A stretch of 64,000 nt of DNA from Vicugna vicugna. Lineage: Eukaryota. The notes under the pieces are model-generated. The model worked only from the letters and a program-made list of their open reading frames with translations. It was not told the DNA's origin and ran no database searches. Each line of letters begins with the position of its first letter. Position 1 is the stretch's first letter. Location of the stretch: assembly GCA_013265495.1 (NCBI GenBank), contig MU058205.1, positions 12,312 through 76,311 on the forward strand, read 5' to 3'. This document shows, in pieces, positions 39,201-52,100 of this stretch. Both the position numbers and the translations under genes were made by a program.

Positions 39201-41689
39201 CACAAGAGGTTATGCCCAATGCCAGCCCAGAAGAGTGTGGAAAAAGCTACAATTCATTAAAGGTAAGAACTGCCTCATCAACTGGATGAAGAAATGAGTT
39301 GGGACCCGTATTGGACAACCAGGGTCCCAGAATCTTAGGGAACTTTGGGAGAGGAGGGAAGGGAAGAATTTGCAAAGTAGTTACAAGGTGGTTTAAAGCT
39401 CAGATGTAGAATGTTTGGGAGACATTAGGAAATTGTCTTTCTCATCTAGAAACCTGGAGACTAAGGTGTGAACTGAGAAGATTAGGGTGGTGAACACATG
39501 ATATGAATGTCTCTGCCTAGGACATGAGCTGGGGATGTCTACTCTGCAGGGGACCCTGGATGCTTACTGTGGGAGGGTTCTGAGAGCAAGTGAAGATCTC
39601 ACCAGACTTGGTGGAAGTGCCAACCCAGACAGTCAGGGCTACATGGCTGATGGAGAAAAAGGCAGCATGGCTTTAAAACAAAAATATAACCTTTAATAGC
39701 AGCTAGTCCACAGCACCTACCTTGAGGGAGTAAGCGAGAGTAGCAGGAGGAGCGAGATTTCCTTTTGGCTTCACCAGCCAAGTCAATATTTGGCTAGAGC
39801 TTAGACCAAGTGAGAATCAAAAAAATGTCCTCATATGTTCCTGTATTATTTTGTCTATCAATCCATCCATCCATCCATCCAATGTTTATTGATCATTTAC
39901 TTTGTGCTTTGATTCTCTAGAGAAAAAAAACAGAAGTGTTGCATATTCAATTCATAAAATTATATGTTTTCACAAATCATTACCACAATATTCTGTCTCT
40001 GGAGCATGTTACCACACTAATCAAGAAGGGAACTAATATTTGTTGAGGGTGAAAGTCACACAGATAACAAATAGCAAAACTGAAACCAAATTCATGTTGG
40101 CCAGTCTGTCTATGCACTTGGGGTCACATTGCCTAAAATGTTTTATTTTTTTCTTAATTCTCTCTCTCTCCTGACCCTCATTGGTCTTTGCTTCTTTTGT
40201 GAAGACTCCTTGCTCTCAAGCATACCCAAAATAACTCCCCCAAATATCATGACAATATCTCTATACCTTAGAAAAAGTTAGACATAGTACGCTTTTGGAA
40301 ACATCTATATTGGTCTCACATTGTAATCATAAGAATTCCTGTTAGATTACAGGCAATTAAGCAACATTTTTTTGTGTGTGTACAAAAATTAACATTTATT
40401 AATTTTTTTAATTTAAAATTATTTTTTAATTCTTTTTTTATTAAAGTGTAGTCAATTTACAATGTTAGTTTCAGGTGCACAGCAAAGCAATTCAGTTACA
40501 CATATACATACATACATACATACATACATTTTTTCAGATTCTTTTCCATTACAGCTCATTACAAAAAATTGAATACAGTTCCCTGTGCTATACAGTAGGT
40601 CCTTGTTGTTTGTCTATTTTATATATAATAATGTGTCTGTTAATCCCAAACTCCTAATCTATCCCTCCCTCATTGTTATTATTCTATATTTAAGATGAAT
40701 CTAACCAGAGTTAGCATACAGATATTACCATAAAATTTTAATGCTAATTAATACACATGAGAATTGAATTCCTTCATTTGTTTTGTACTCTTAATTATTC
40801 TTTTCTTATTCTTTTTTTAAAACTAAACATTTAGAAACTGAACTTTGATTAATAGTTATAATTCCCAACATATAGTATGTATTAGTATGTGTATATAATG
40901 CATATTCAATACATAACATAAGCATAATGTAATTCTCTCTACAGGGAGAATTCTCCACATGGTTCCAGTTTGCAGAGCAGATCTCTGGGGCTGGGTTCCC
41001 ACCGTGGGCTGAGACGTCAACTGTCACTTGTCTTTCAAAGAAGTAATTACAAGAGCCTCACGCATAATTCCGAGGATCCGAGAGAACATTTTCCTTCCTG
41101 AGACATGTTGTCACAAACAAGGTAGTCTCATACTTTTTAAAAGGGAATTGATGACTATAGTTCCATTATTGGCCAAAGCGGAGCCTGAAAACCCCTGTGG
41201 CTGTCACTTCAGTCTGGTAAGCGTGGAACCCACATGGGCTTTATCCAGCAAAACCAGCTCCAAGCAGGTCTGTTCACTGACACAAGCGGCTCAGCGTCCA
41301 GGTCCAGGGGGTGTGCTGGACCGAGAAATCTGGCCTGTTTGGTTCAGGGCTCTGTGCTGAGGACATCCCCCGCCCCCTGGCTTCCCAGACTTCTTTTGTT
41401 CCCACCTGGACTGTCCCCTCCTTCAGTGAAATTCAACCCAGCACCGGAGAGCATGAGGCAACCAGTCTGTTCACGGGGCGGCTGCGGCGCCCTGTCGGGT
41501 TTATCATTGGCCACCTTGTAAACAAAGGAGCCAACGATTGTTTCCAGTTCAAAAGGGGCCAAATGGCCAAGTGTGCAGCCAGGCGACAGGCAGTGGGGGA
41601 GATAAGCTCTTACTCACACAGGCGGGGCATTTCTCTTCCCAGCTTCTGATATTTGGCCTTACTTAATAGTTCTAGCTTTTTAATGTCTG

Positions 41690-42490
41690 TCCTTTTAATT
41701 TGACATTGGAGTCTGGGAGTTCAGCCCTTGGACCTCTCCTCTTCCGGGTCTCCACTCCTCCTGGAAGATCTACGGTCCTCTCATCCTTCACCCGCGTGCC
41801 TATAAAGTGCCTCCTTGCATCTCTAGCCAGCAGCTCTCTCTGAACTCAGGCGTATGTTCAATTATCTACTCAGTGTTTCCTCTTAGACCTCTCAGCGGCA
41901 GCTCAGACTTCATACGTATGAACTGAATTCCTAATCTTTCCCCCAGAAACGGCGACTTGCTGGAACTTTCCTTATTTCAGTTAATGACAACTTTGGTTTG
42001 TCAGGCCATGGTCCTTGGAGTTGGACGCCTTCTGAGTCCCCAGCGTGCCAGGTGGACTGTGCCTCTGCCTTCGAGGCATGTCCCAAACCCAGCTTCTTCC
42101 CACCACCACCTCTGCCATGCTTGCTCAAGTCCCCACCCTCTCTGGCCTGGAACTTCATCTCTAACTGGCCTCCTTCACCCCTTCTGCAGCCTGAGGGATC
42201 CTGGGAGCCTGAGTCGGATGGTGCAATTGCCCAACCAAATCCAGGGGCTCCCGGCTCACCCAGAATTGATGCCTTCTCTACAGCAGCCCACGTTCATGTT
42301 CCTTTTTAAATTTCTTCTGACACCTCTCACCCCCTTGCTAACTATTCTGCTGGCTGGGATTTTGCTCTTGCTGTCCCCTTTGCCTGGAAGTCTCCTTCCC
42401 CAGACACCCACAGCTCTGAGTCCCCTCTGCCCTTTGAAGTCTTTGCTCAAATGTAACTTGTGATTGGCCTTTCCTGACACCCGATCTGAA
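41690..42490. mobile_element. L2 fragment
   Basis: aactgaattcctaatctt, gtctttgctcaaatgt...gccttttcctgac-like L2 motifs. Confidence 0.55.
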
Positions 42491-42948
42491 AGGAAAGGGC
42501 AACCCCACGGTGGCCTGAGTAAGTTCCCTTCGAATTAACCTAGACCTAGTGGGCGTGGTTTTACCTTCTGCACTATGGTAGGTGAAGTCTTAACTTACTT
42601 ACGTGTGAGGCGGGGCTCCTCCTCTCGTTCTGTCCATCTCGTCCCTCTGGTTATTACCCACATCCCTGGACACTCAGAGGCATTCAAAAGGTGAGGGCTG
42701 AAATGAGCCCGATCAAGCGGGTCAGCTTCGCTTCCTTTCCCAGAGCACAGCAGAGTCACTCATTTTGGTCGGTTGTCCTCGAGTCCTTTCTTGTCTATTT
42801 TTCTCTGTCGTTTCTTTTATACATATGCTTACTCTCAGGACTACTGTTATAAGGACTAAAGGAAAAGGAAATTAATTATTTCTTATCACAATAAAACCCT
42901 TCTTGTTGCTCATTTTCATCTTCTGGGTTATTTCAAATGAACCAATCT

Positions 42949-43055
42949 GAGGGTTGGGTTATAGCTCAGTGGTAGAGTGTATGCATAGCATGTGTGACGT
43001 CCTGGGTTCACTTCTCAGTCCCTCTGTTAAAAAAATAATAATCAAAAAACAAATT
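42949..43055 (+). mobile_element. Vic-1-like SINE
   Basis: tatagctcagtggtagag...ctgggttca...A tail. Confidence 0.85.
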
Positions 43056-43989
43056 TGAAGGCACTCCCTTGTATGTGGCAGGAACTCACTCTGCCCTCTC
43101 AAGTCCCAAAGGGCAGAATTCAAAATTTATGGAAACTAGATCCCCTTAGCTACCAGGCTGCCCGTGTTGCTAGGGAGGAATAGTCCAGAAGAACTCAGCC
43201 GGTAGTTCTGACATCTGGTTCCCTGCCTGGCTTGAGAGGTACAGAGCTCCAGGGTCAGTCCCAGACCTGTGATCCCAGGGGTTATTGCTACAGAGGTGGG
43301 CCTGGTCAAAGTGTGTATCTCTCTTCCCCCTCCATGGGAGCTGGGAGGAGGCACCACCTGAGGGTCTGAGCAAACCAGGGAGGACACTTCCCAGGGTGGT
43401 GGGCACAGACGGCGGGCTCAAGGCTGTACCTCCAGCTGGGCGTGCAAAGACCCTTACGATGAAGTTTAGTAAAGGCCGTGGAAGGGGCTCTCCAGACACT
43501 GAGAGCACTAGAAAATACTTCATGATGTGACTTAAAATTTTCCATTTTTTACTGATTAGAAAGTCATCTGAATTAATGAAATTTTAAATTATAGAAAAAA
43601 ATTAAAACCTAAAATATTGGATCATGAACATTTCCTTTGTTAACAAAGGGATTCACTCGGATTGTTATGGATTTGATCTAATGAATAGCTGAACTGATTT
43701 TAGAGTAACAATATGCAAGTCTGAGAATGATATTGCAGTACAGCATGATATATATTCTACTTAACTAGTTAAGTGTTCCCTCTATAATCCTCTCAATATC
43801 TTAATAAATACAAAAAATAGCTAATAAGAGGAAACTTTTACCTCAGCCTTTTCAAAAACCTTTCAAATTATGTGGATTTTCTCTTTTTTTAATTCTCACG
43901 TTTCATTATTTTATGCACATTTATTTGTATTCTCCTCCCCTCTTATAATATTAGCATGAGATGTTGGAAGACTATTTCTTAAAAAAAAC

Positions 43990-44112
43990 TGTTTTCTTTT
44001 TGGGATGAGATAATTATGTTTTTATTTATTTGTTAATGGAGGTACTGGGGATTGAACCCAGGACCTCATGTATGATAAGCACACATTTTGCCACTGAGCT
44101 ACACCCTCCCCA
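43990..44112 (-). mobile_element. Vic-1-like SINE
   Basis: ggaggtactggggattgaacccaggacc. Confidence 0.85.
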
Positions 44113-47100
44113 CCTTGAAAGCCTATTTCTTTTGTCTTTTCCAAATGATCAGGGCCTCCTCACATAATCTGTGCACCTTATACTGAATCAGTGATCAAGG
44201 GAGCTGTACCATCACTCTGTTCTATGACATGCCACTAAAGGTTTGCTTTTTTAAAAGTATGGTTATTAAAATAACCCAGTTGCTTTGTCGTCTTGTGTAT
44301 GCATGATGGTTACAGGGTACAGTAGAAACCTCTCACTCTCAAAAGTCTCCAGCTGGGCCACCGTGGGTCCCTCTGGGCCATTTTTTAACCTATAACATTG
44401 GAGAAATGACATTGCATGCTTAAATTTGTGAGTATTAAATATGACAATGCGTACAAGATGCTTGGACATGGTGACCCTCACCAGTGTGGCTACAGTTTGT
44501 TGAAACTTTGTGATCAAAAGACGAGGGAATGACGAGGGGGTCTTTTTGGAGCAGAAGGTTGCTCTGGCCAGTCTGCTGACCAGTCTCAGAGGAAGGGTCA
44601 TCAAATTTCCCATCCACAAGTTTGCCCTCAGGCATCTTCTGACTTTCCATTGCACTTTGCACATCCCATTACCCCCAACACGCCCTGCCGCCATTGCAGT
44701 TATTTTTACGTATTTCCTCTGCTAGAATGGTGAACTCCTTGAAGTCCAGATCCTGCTCTAAGTGCATCCGTACAGATGGTCACCATTCTCGCTCGGTCAT
44801 ACTAAGTTCATGAGTTGGAGTCCTCCATCCGATGATGTAGCTAACAACCATATCCCTTCCCCTCCAAAATCAAACTAATGACACAATTCCAGTGCAGAGG
44901 CAGTATCTGCCTTCTAATACATTCTAGATGCATGTGACAGAGAATGCGGGCCCCCCGCTACAGTGTTTCTTCTCAGAGATGGACTTGGGCAGGTTGGTAA
45001 GGCATTTGGACATGCACACATTCATTCAAAGTGTTATATCACCACTGCAAACCCAGAAATGGATTTAGAGCACTATTCGAATATAAGAAAATTCCTTTCT
45101 CTTTCCCATTGTAAGACTGGACATTTCTTTCCCTTCAACTAGGAAGATCTAGAAAAGAGAGATAGTTGCAGTTTCTGGGAGGGAGTAAGACAATTTTATC
45201 ATTTCAGAATTGCTGTCCAAGGTGATTACAGTTGTTGAGAAATGATTACATGGTGAGTTCTTATCTTTAGGGCTGCAAAATTAGAGAAGGTCAAGGTTTT
45301 GCAAGAGCTAAGAGGGGTTTCTAAAAAGTTCTTATCATCTGTGGGGATTTGGGCAGCTGGAAAATGTTTGGCCTGGCGAGTTTCTGGGGTGGGTGATTAG
45401 GGAGGGAAATTGGAAACATATCAGTTGCTGCAAAAGTCCGGGAAGGAGGCTTTTCTACTGGAAGGGTCAGAACAGCTGGGGGCGAGTTGGGATTTTGCAG
45501 CAGCCCTGAAGGAATGGAAATGGTGGCTTTTTTCCTCAAGGGGGACCGGCAGAGTTGTAACAGCTGGGAAGACCCAGAGCAGTGGGTTTTAAGGAGGGAA
45601 GTAGACAAAGACTGAGGGGGAAAGGTGCCTGCAGTGCAGCGCAGTCTGCCTCACACGGCACGTTTTCAGCACTGGCAGCGGTTTCTCCCTCCCTGCTCTA
45701 GTGAGCTCCCCGTGCCCGTTTACCCGCCATCCTTCCAAGGGCTCTTTCCTCGGCTTGCGCTTTTCTCCAGGAATTTATGTCTATAAATCACCGTTCACCT
45801 CTTGTAATAATCCTGCAGGGCCATTCAGTTCGCTAAAAGTATTAAACTTCTAGAACTAACACTTGTGGAAGATAATACCCTTATTAAAAATACATTTTAG
45901 AGATGGGCAAAATGTACAGTAGTAAGTACTTCACGAGATGCGTTCCTGGGAGAGTTTTGTATGAATAGGATTTTGGTCAATCAAGTCACCTTTAAATTTA
46001 TCTATAAGAGTTTGTTATTTAATTCAAAAAGGTGAACTTGTGTAATCAGCCCTGTGCTAGACTTAAGCAAATGGCTCTTTAAGATCAAATAACCAGGGGT
46101 CCTATTTAACACAACTTATAGGTTTGAATCTTTTTAACCATTATACTTTTGAAGTATAATGCAGTTCCTAAAAATGAATAAAACAAATATATGTTATAAT
46201 GAATTGGCATAATGTGAACACCGATGTAACCATCACTCAGATCAAGAAATAGAACATCTGAACATTAGAAGTCCTGTATGGCCCCTCTCCTTCCCAAATG
46301 TAACAGTTATCCTCAATTACTCTGACACCTAACACTGTTTAGTTTTGCCCATTTCTAAACTGCATATATGTCAAGTCGGATAGTTTACATTTTGTGTGTG
46401 TCTGACTTCTTTCCCTGATCATTCCATTAGTGAGATTCATTATTGTTGTTGTATTTATTTACCTGTAGTTCGTTCATTTTCCTTACTAAATAGTATAGCA
46501 TAAATTTCAAAATTAATTCATGCATTTTACTGTTTTGAACATTTAGATTATTTCTGGTTTTGAGCTCTTATAAAACTGCTGTTGCATGATGGGTACGTGC
46601 ATAGAAATGTATGGGCACACGTGCAGAAATGCATGAGTCCCTGCCCAGAAATGGGTGGTACACACACTGAGCTGCAGGTGGAAGTCATTTCCAAGATGAA
46701 GCATTTAATAGTTGGTGGATGACCCTCCACGCTCTCTTTCCTGGGAATCATTGTCCTGGGCCGGATAGTTACAAGATACAAGCAGACTGGATCCCTGAGT
46801 CACCACTTGGAAGGGCTGCCCCAGAGAGCCATTAGATCTGCAGTGGATTCTGCATGACCAAAAATTTACTCCGATGTTTCTAGACCCTAAGATTTTGAGT
46901 TTATTTATTACTGAAACACAGCTTTGCCTAATCTGACCAGTAGAAACAACATAAACATCTTATTTTCAGAATATTTTTTACAATCAAATTTAATTAATTA
47001 ATTAATTATTTAAAAATTGAAGCGTAGTCAGCTACAAGGTGTCAGTGTCTGGTGTATAGCATAACGTCCTAGTCATAAATGTATACACACATATTCAGTT

Positions 47101-48654
47101 CTGTATTCTTTTCCATTAAAGGTTATTACAAGATACTGAATATAGTTCCTTGCGCTACAGTCAAATTTAATGATCGATTTTCAAATCTGAGAATTTCATC
47201 ATGTCAATAAGAGCTCTTTTTGAGTAAAAAAAAAAGTCATTCTAGTTACCAACAGGCAAGTGAGAGAAGGATATTTAGGGACTGGGCACCCACATCAGCA
47301 TGTGGGACCAAGTCAAGGACCCCTTTCCATTATACTAGAAGAGTCCAGGGGTCTGTGATTACTGGCAAGGACCCACTGGTGGACCAGCTGGTGGTCTGGT
47401 GACACTTTTATGACTCTCCCATCTTCTCTAGTGAAAAATGCCAAGATTTTCTGGCATCGGGGCTTAGTCAGGAAAACGGCCACTGCAAAGTGCAGGGGTA
47501 GGGAAGGAAAGCTTTCCTGAGTGTGGGAGCTGCAGGGGAAGAGGGAAAGAGTCATTAATCCTGTCCAGCTGAACCTTGTGCAGGGAACCAGCTGGAGATT
47601 TCGAGAAACCCCATAGCCCTGCAGCTGTGGCCACAAGCTGGGCCGTGAAAGGGGAGTTCAAGATGTGTCACATGGGAGCTGCAGCCTCTGTGGGTCCAGT
47701 GAGCTTGGGGCTGCCGTGAGGACGGTGGGGTGGGCACAGAGCTGAGCCCCTCTGTGTCTGTCTGCCATCATGTTTAGCTGTGTGAGTGTCCTCTACTGCC
47801 CAGTCCCCAGGGAGCGCCTCGCATTGGCAACTGTAGCCTGGAACCACACAGGGAAGGGTGGTCTGAAAAGCACCGTCCCAGCCTCAGATGGAAGCAGCAG
47901 TGCCCTGTTGATCGTAGGCAACCCAGCTTTCATTTATGAGAAGTAGTTTTCTAACTGATAATCTCTTACAGGACGCTTAAAAACTAGGGCATTGCTGAAG
48001 GAAAGATATTTCCTTCAGAGATTAATGTGTCCAAGGTAAACGGTTATGGCTTGAAGAAAGAATGAATACTCAGAGCTGTATGACCTGCTAACATGAAAGA
48101 TCCAGAAACCACATACTTCTTTTTTTTATTACCAATTTTATTTTAAAAGGTTTTTTTTTTTAATGGAAGTATTTCAGTTGCAATGTGTCAATTTCTGGTG
48201 CGCAGCACAATGTCCCAGTCATGCATATACATACATATATTTGTTTTCAATTTTTTTAAGGGTTATTACAAGATATTGAATAGAGTTCCTTGTGCTATGT
48301 CATATAATTAGTTGATTTACTGCATAAGCCACACAGTATGGAGGGGTCTCCTGCAGCCGCGGCCTTGGTCAGCACTCTGCTGGTCCAGCCCGTCTCCCTA
48401 CTTCTGGACTTGCTCCACATGGTGTGCGGTGGGGGCTGCTTTCCTGCACGGCCTGCAGAAGAGTCTTGTAAGAGCGGGCAATTTGTTTTGGTGGCTTTAG
48501 ATCAGTCTGTGGGGCTGGGGGGGGGTTGATTAAATTGGATCTAGAAAGATGGGCCAAAATGTGTGGAAAGGGACAATATTCGACGTAACAGGGACAGATA
48601 AAAAAAGAGATCAAAGCAAAGGCAGGGACTATAGTAGTAAAATCTACTGTATGG

Positions 48655-50175
48655 CCAGAGGGAAGGCAGACCCACATTTCATAGGGCTTGAAGCTTATCA
48701 AATTTGGGGGCCTTCTTTAAGAGAAAGGATGAAAATTTAAGAATAGAAAATTAGGTACAAGAATATTGATTTAAATGAAAAATGCATCACAATAAGCTGT
48801 ACAATTTGAAAGGCTGAAACACACCATACATTTCAAAAAAAAATTCCACATGAAAACATTTTAATAAACCACCTGACACATCTCGATAATACTATTTTTC
48901 CTACATTTTTTGGCTGCACACCCTCCCCCCACCACTTTACTGAGGTATAGTTGACAACTAAAAATTGTACGTATATAAGGTGTACAACTTGATCGTTTGA
49001 TGTATGTATATGTTGTGAAATATTCACATGTATGTTGAGAACACTTAAGAGCCACACTTAGCAGATTGCAAGCATACAATGTTGTTAACTGTAGTCACAT
49101 GGGTGTGCGTTAGATCTCTAGAATGTATTTATCTTGCATCACTGAAACTTTGTGTCCCTTGAACAACACCTCCCCACATTCCGCCTTGCTGCCTGCCTTT
49201 GACCCCTTTTTCGATTCTGTAATTTTGTAATACGTTTTCCACAAGAAGAATGGAAATGTACTTCACACGCAGGTGAACTTGCTGGATGCTTAGTACTGCA
49301 GGCTTGTGTCCTCACACACTCAGGAATTCACATCAATTCTAGTTTATGGGATTTCCTTCAGAATACATGGTGCATCTATAATTGTCTGTGCTGCATTTAG
49401 AGTCTATTCCTGACAGAAGAGCACATCCATTTTGACCGGGTGTAGTTCAGAATTAAGCCACTCTAACAAAACTATGTGGTTTTTGTTTTGTTTATTTGTT
49501 TATTTGTTTGTTTGTTTTTGTTTTTGTTTTGTTTTTAATGGAAAGAATAGCCACAAAGTTGCTTCTGGCTTTAAGAAGCTACATCTCAAACTGTTACTCC
49601 TTTGCTACCAGAACCCTTCCAGGGCTGAGAAAGTGGGAATGTTCAGATGGACACCAACATGACTTCAGTAACAGAGGGTGGGAGGCGTGTTATTGGCAGC
49701 TGTTCCTACGCCTGGATGGTTAGCAATAGTGTAACTACACACGGAAACTAAGCCACGCAGATCTGTCCCGGCAGAGTCAGGGCCAGGGACAGGCAAACCA
49801 GGTGCCAGGGCGCTCATTCTCTGGGCTAGGCAAGTGCAAGGTTGGCCCCTTAAATCTTCCTCCCTGGCACCTTCTTTGCCTCAGCTTAGTCCTGGCTCTG
49901 TATTCATTAAACCCAAACTAAATGTCTCTCCAGCTTCTCTTTCCTAGGCTTGATCCTCAGAATGTCCACCGCTACTTCAAAGTCACTCAATATGAGGACA
50001 AGTTAAAAGTTGAGACAGTGGACTTGACTGGCGGTGGTTAAAATACATTATTCTGCAAAATTTGCAAAAAAGTAACCATGTGTTCACACTTCTAGGACCT
50101 CCCGTGCCTCAGAAAGGTGTTTTGCAAGTGAGGGGCCCTGGATTCAAACATTTAGCCTCTCGATAAACGTTCCTC
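48655..50175. mobile_element. hAT-Tip100 (Arthur1-like) DNA transposon remnant, interrupted by an L1 tail
   Basis: Left gaagcttatcaaatttgggggccttctttaag...aaaattaggtac and right gcaagtgaggggccctg resemble recalled Arthur1 ends. Confidence 0.45.
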
Positions 50176-50244
50176 AGCATTCCAACCACGGTCATATTTC
50201 CAAGTCTGAGTTTGTTGCACTGGCTTATTTTTGCTTTCAGGACA

Positions 50245-50470
50245 CTGATTAAGAGCTCAGGCGCTGGAGCTAGACTATCTGAATCCTGGCACTGCCACTT
50301 CCTAGCTTGCGGAACCTGAGCATTTTATTTAACATCTCTGTGCCTCAGATTTTCTGATTTTACACCCATAAAATGGGAGGGTATAAGAAATAATAACGGG
50401 ATTAGTTCATGTCGAGTGCTTCCCACAACGTCTGGCATGTCGTAAAGCCTCAATGCTTATCAGCTGCTGC
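50245..50470 (+). mobile_element. MIR SINE
   Basis: gaatcctggcactgccacttcctagc...tctctgtgcctcag...taaaatggg core. Confidence 0.7.
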
Positions 50471-50879
50471 AATTTTTATTATTAATAGGCTCGCTTATGT
50501 TAATAGCGTGTGCTGCTTCTCACACCACGCTGTAAACCCCGAGGGACCTTTGTGTCCTGTGATTAGGCCCAGAAAGGCTTCCCTGTTTTTCTGGATGGGT
50601 TGCTGACTACACGCAGGAGGAAGGAGTCAGAGAAAAATGGATTTTCCTCCCCCGGGGTAATACTGTCACCGAATTACATTTAAGTAAATGAAGGAATTGG
50701 GGCTGTAAAGAAATTTACTGGTTCATGGCAGGCCAAAGAGAAAGTCAAATGAACATTAACAATGGACCTGGCATTCTTTTGCTCCCAAAAGATACGAGAA
50801 TGCATTATTTTAAAAGAAAAAAAAATCACACGATGGACCGCAATTAGACCTTATAAAAAAAGTTGCCTGTTAATTCAGC

Positions 50880-52100
50880 CTCCTTCAGACGACGTGTCCC
50901 TAAGACCCCTCGTTTCTTCGCTTGGGCGGGGCGCTGCGGCCGGCGAGGCTGGGACCGAGCAGGGGAGGAGGGGGCGAGGGGCGAGGGAACGGGAGGAGCT
51001 CCGGCCGCCCGGCCGCGTGGGCGCAGGAGGGCGGAACCGCGCGGGCCGGTCGGCGGTGGCGTCAGTCTCTGGCGCCGGGGAGGACACCGCCCTCGGCCAG
51101 CCCCGCCCGCAGGCCCCGCCCCCAGGCGGGCGTTCAGGGTCCCCCCGGCGGGTATCGGGGACTCCGGCCAGGGGCCGCGATCTCCGTCCCCTGCGCGGCC
51201 CGCAGGGTGCAGGGGCCCCGCGCGCAGGCGGGGGGCGCTGTGGCCTCGGCGTGGGGACCGAGCGGCCGGCCGGCCCCGCCTCCTTCCCCTCGGCGCCCGC
51301 CCCCCACGCGCCGTGTCGCCGGGAAGCCGGGAGGAGACAGAGCCCGGGCTCCGCGGCGCTCGGCCCGCAGTCTTCGGCCGCGCGAAGCAGAGCGGGCGGC
51401 GCTGCCCGAGCCCAAGCCGCGACCCGCCCCGGCCGCCTTTGTCTGGAGCCGCGCGGCCCGGAGCCGCGGCTCTCGGGTCGGTGACAGCTCCTCCCTCAGC
51501 GGGCGCGGGTCGGAGGAGCGGTCGGCCGGGCCCCGCTCGCCGCGCGCACGTCCGAGCGCGGACCGATGCCCCCGCAGCAGGGGGACCCCTCCCTCCCCGG
51601 GCGCTGCGAGAACGGCGCGGTGGGCAAGACGAGCCTGGTGGTGAGCTACACCACCAACGGCTACCCCACCGAGTACATCCCCACCGCCTTCGACAACTTC
51701 TCGGGTGAGCCGGGCCCGGGGGGCGCCGAGGCGCGGGGGACGCGGGGCCCACGGGGAAGCGCCAGCTGGGAAGCCGACCGAGTGCGGCGCGGGGACCTGG
51801 CTCGGGCTCGGGCTCGGGGCCGCGCGGGGCAGACCGCGGGACCGCGGGGAACGGGGGAGCCCTAACCCGGGCACGGGGAGCGGCGGGTGCCTCGCATTTC
51901 AGGAACAGACGGCGCGGGTCTACCAGGTCGGGCTCCGGTGGCCTGGTCAGTTTCCTGCGTAGAGCAGCTGCGTCAGGCCGACGTTGCTGGCGCCGCTGCC
52001 GAGTTTCGGTCGGAAGGTGACGCGCAGGTGCCATTACCTGTGGCCCCGAGGGTCGGACCTTTCCTTTTGGCGACTCCCCTCACTGGGGGCGTCTCCACTT
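50880..52100 (+). promoter_or_regulatory. RHOU: RHOU CpG island promoter, 5' UTR and start of intron 1
   Basis: Very high GC and CpG density; multiple GGGCGG/CCGCCC boxes; G-run cluster ~50962-50993. Confidence 0.9.
51566..51704 (+). CDS. RHOU: RHOU coding exon 1 (shortened)
   Basis: [46 protein letters not shown]; donor G|GTGAGC at 51705; 139 nt, phase 1. Confidence 0.93.

Noticed and set aside
44266..44725. 142-aa minus ORF
   Set aside because: No recognisable domain or exon structure
51128..51140. gggcgttcagggt resembles part of antisense 5S rRNA (the 5S cluster neighbours RHOU in human and mouse)
   Set aside because: Match is only ~11-13 nt with no flanking similarity; I saw no 5S gene in the window
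50762..52034. Long overlapping ORFs of 240-396 aa on both strands
   Set aside because: Pro/Arg/Gly/Ala-rich products of stop-poor CpG island sequence; only the RHOU frame is recognisable
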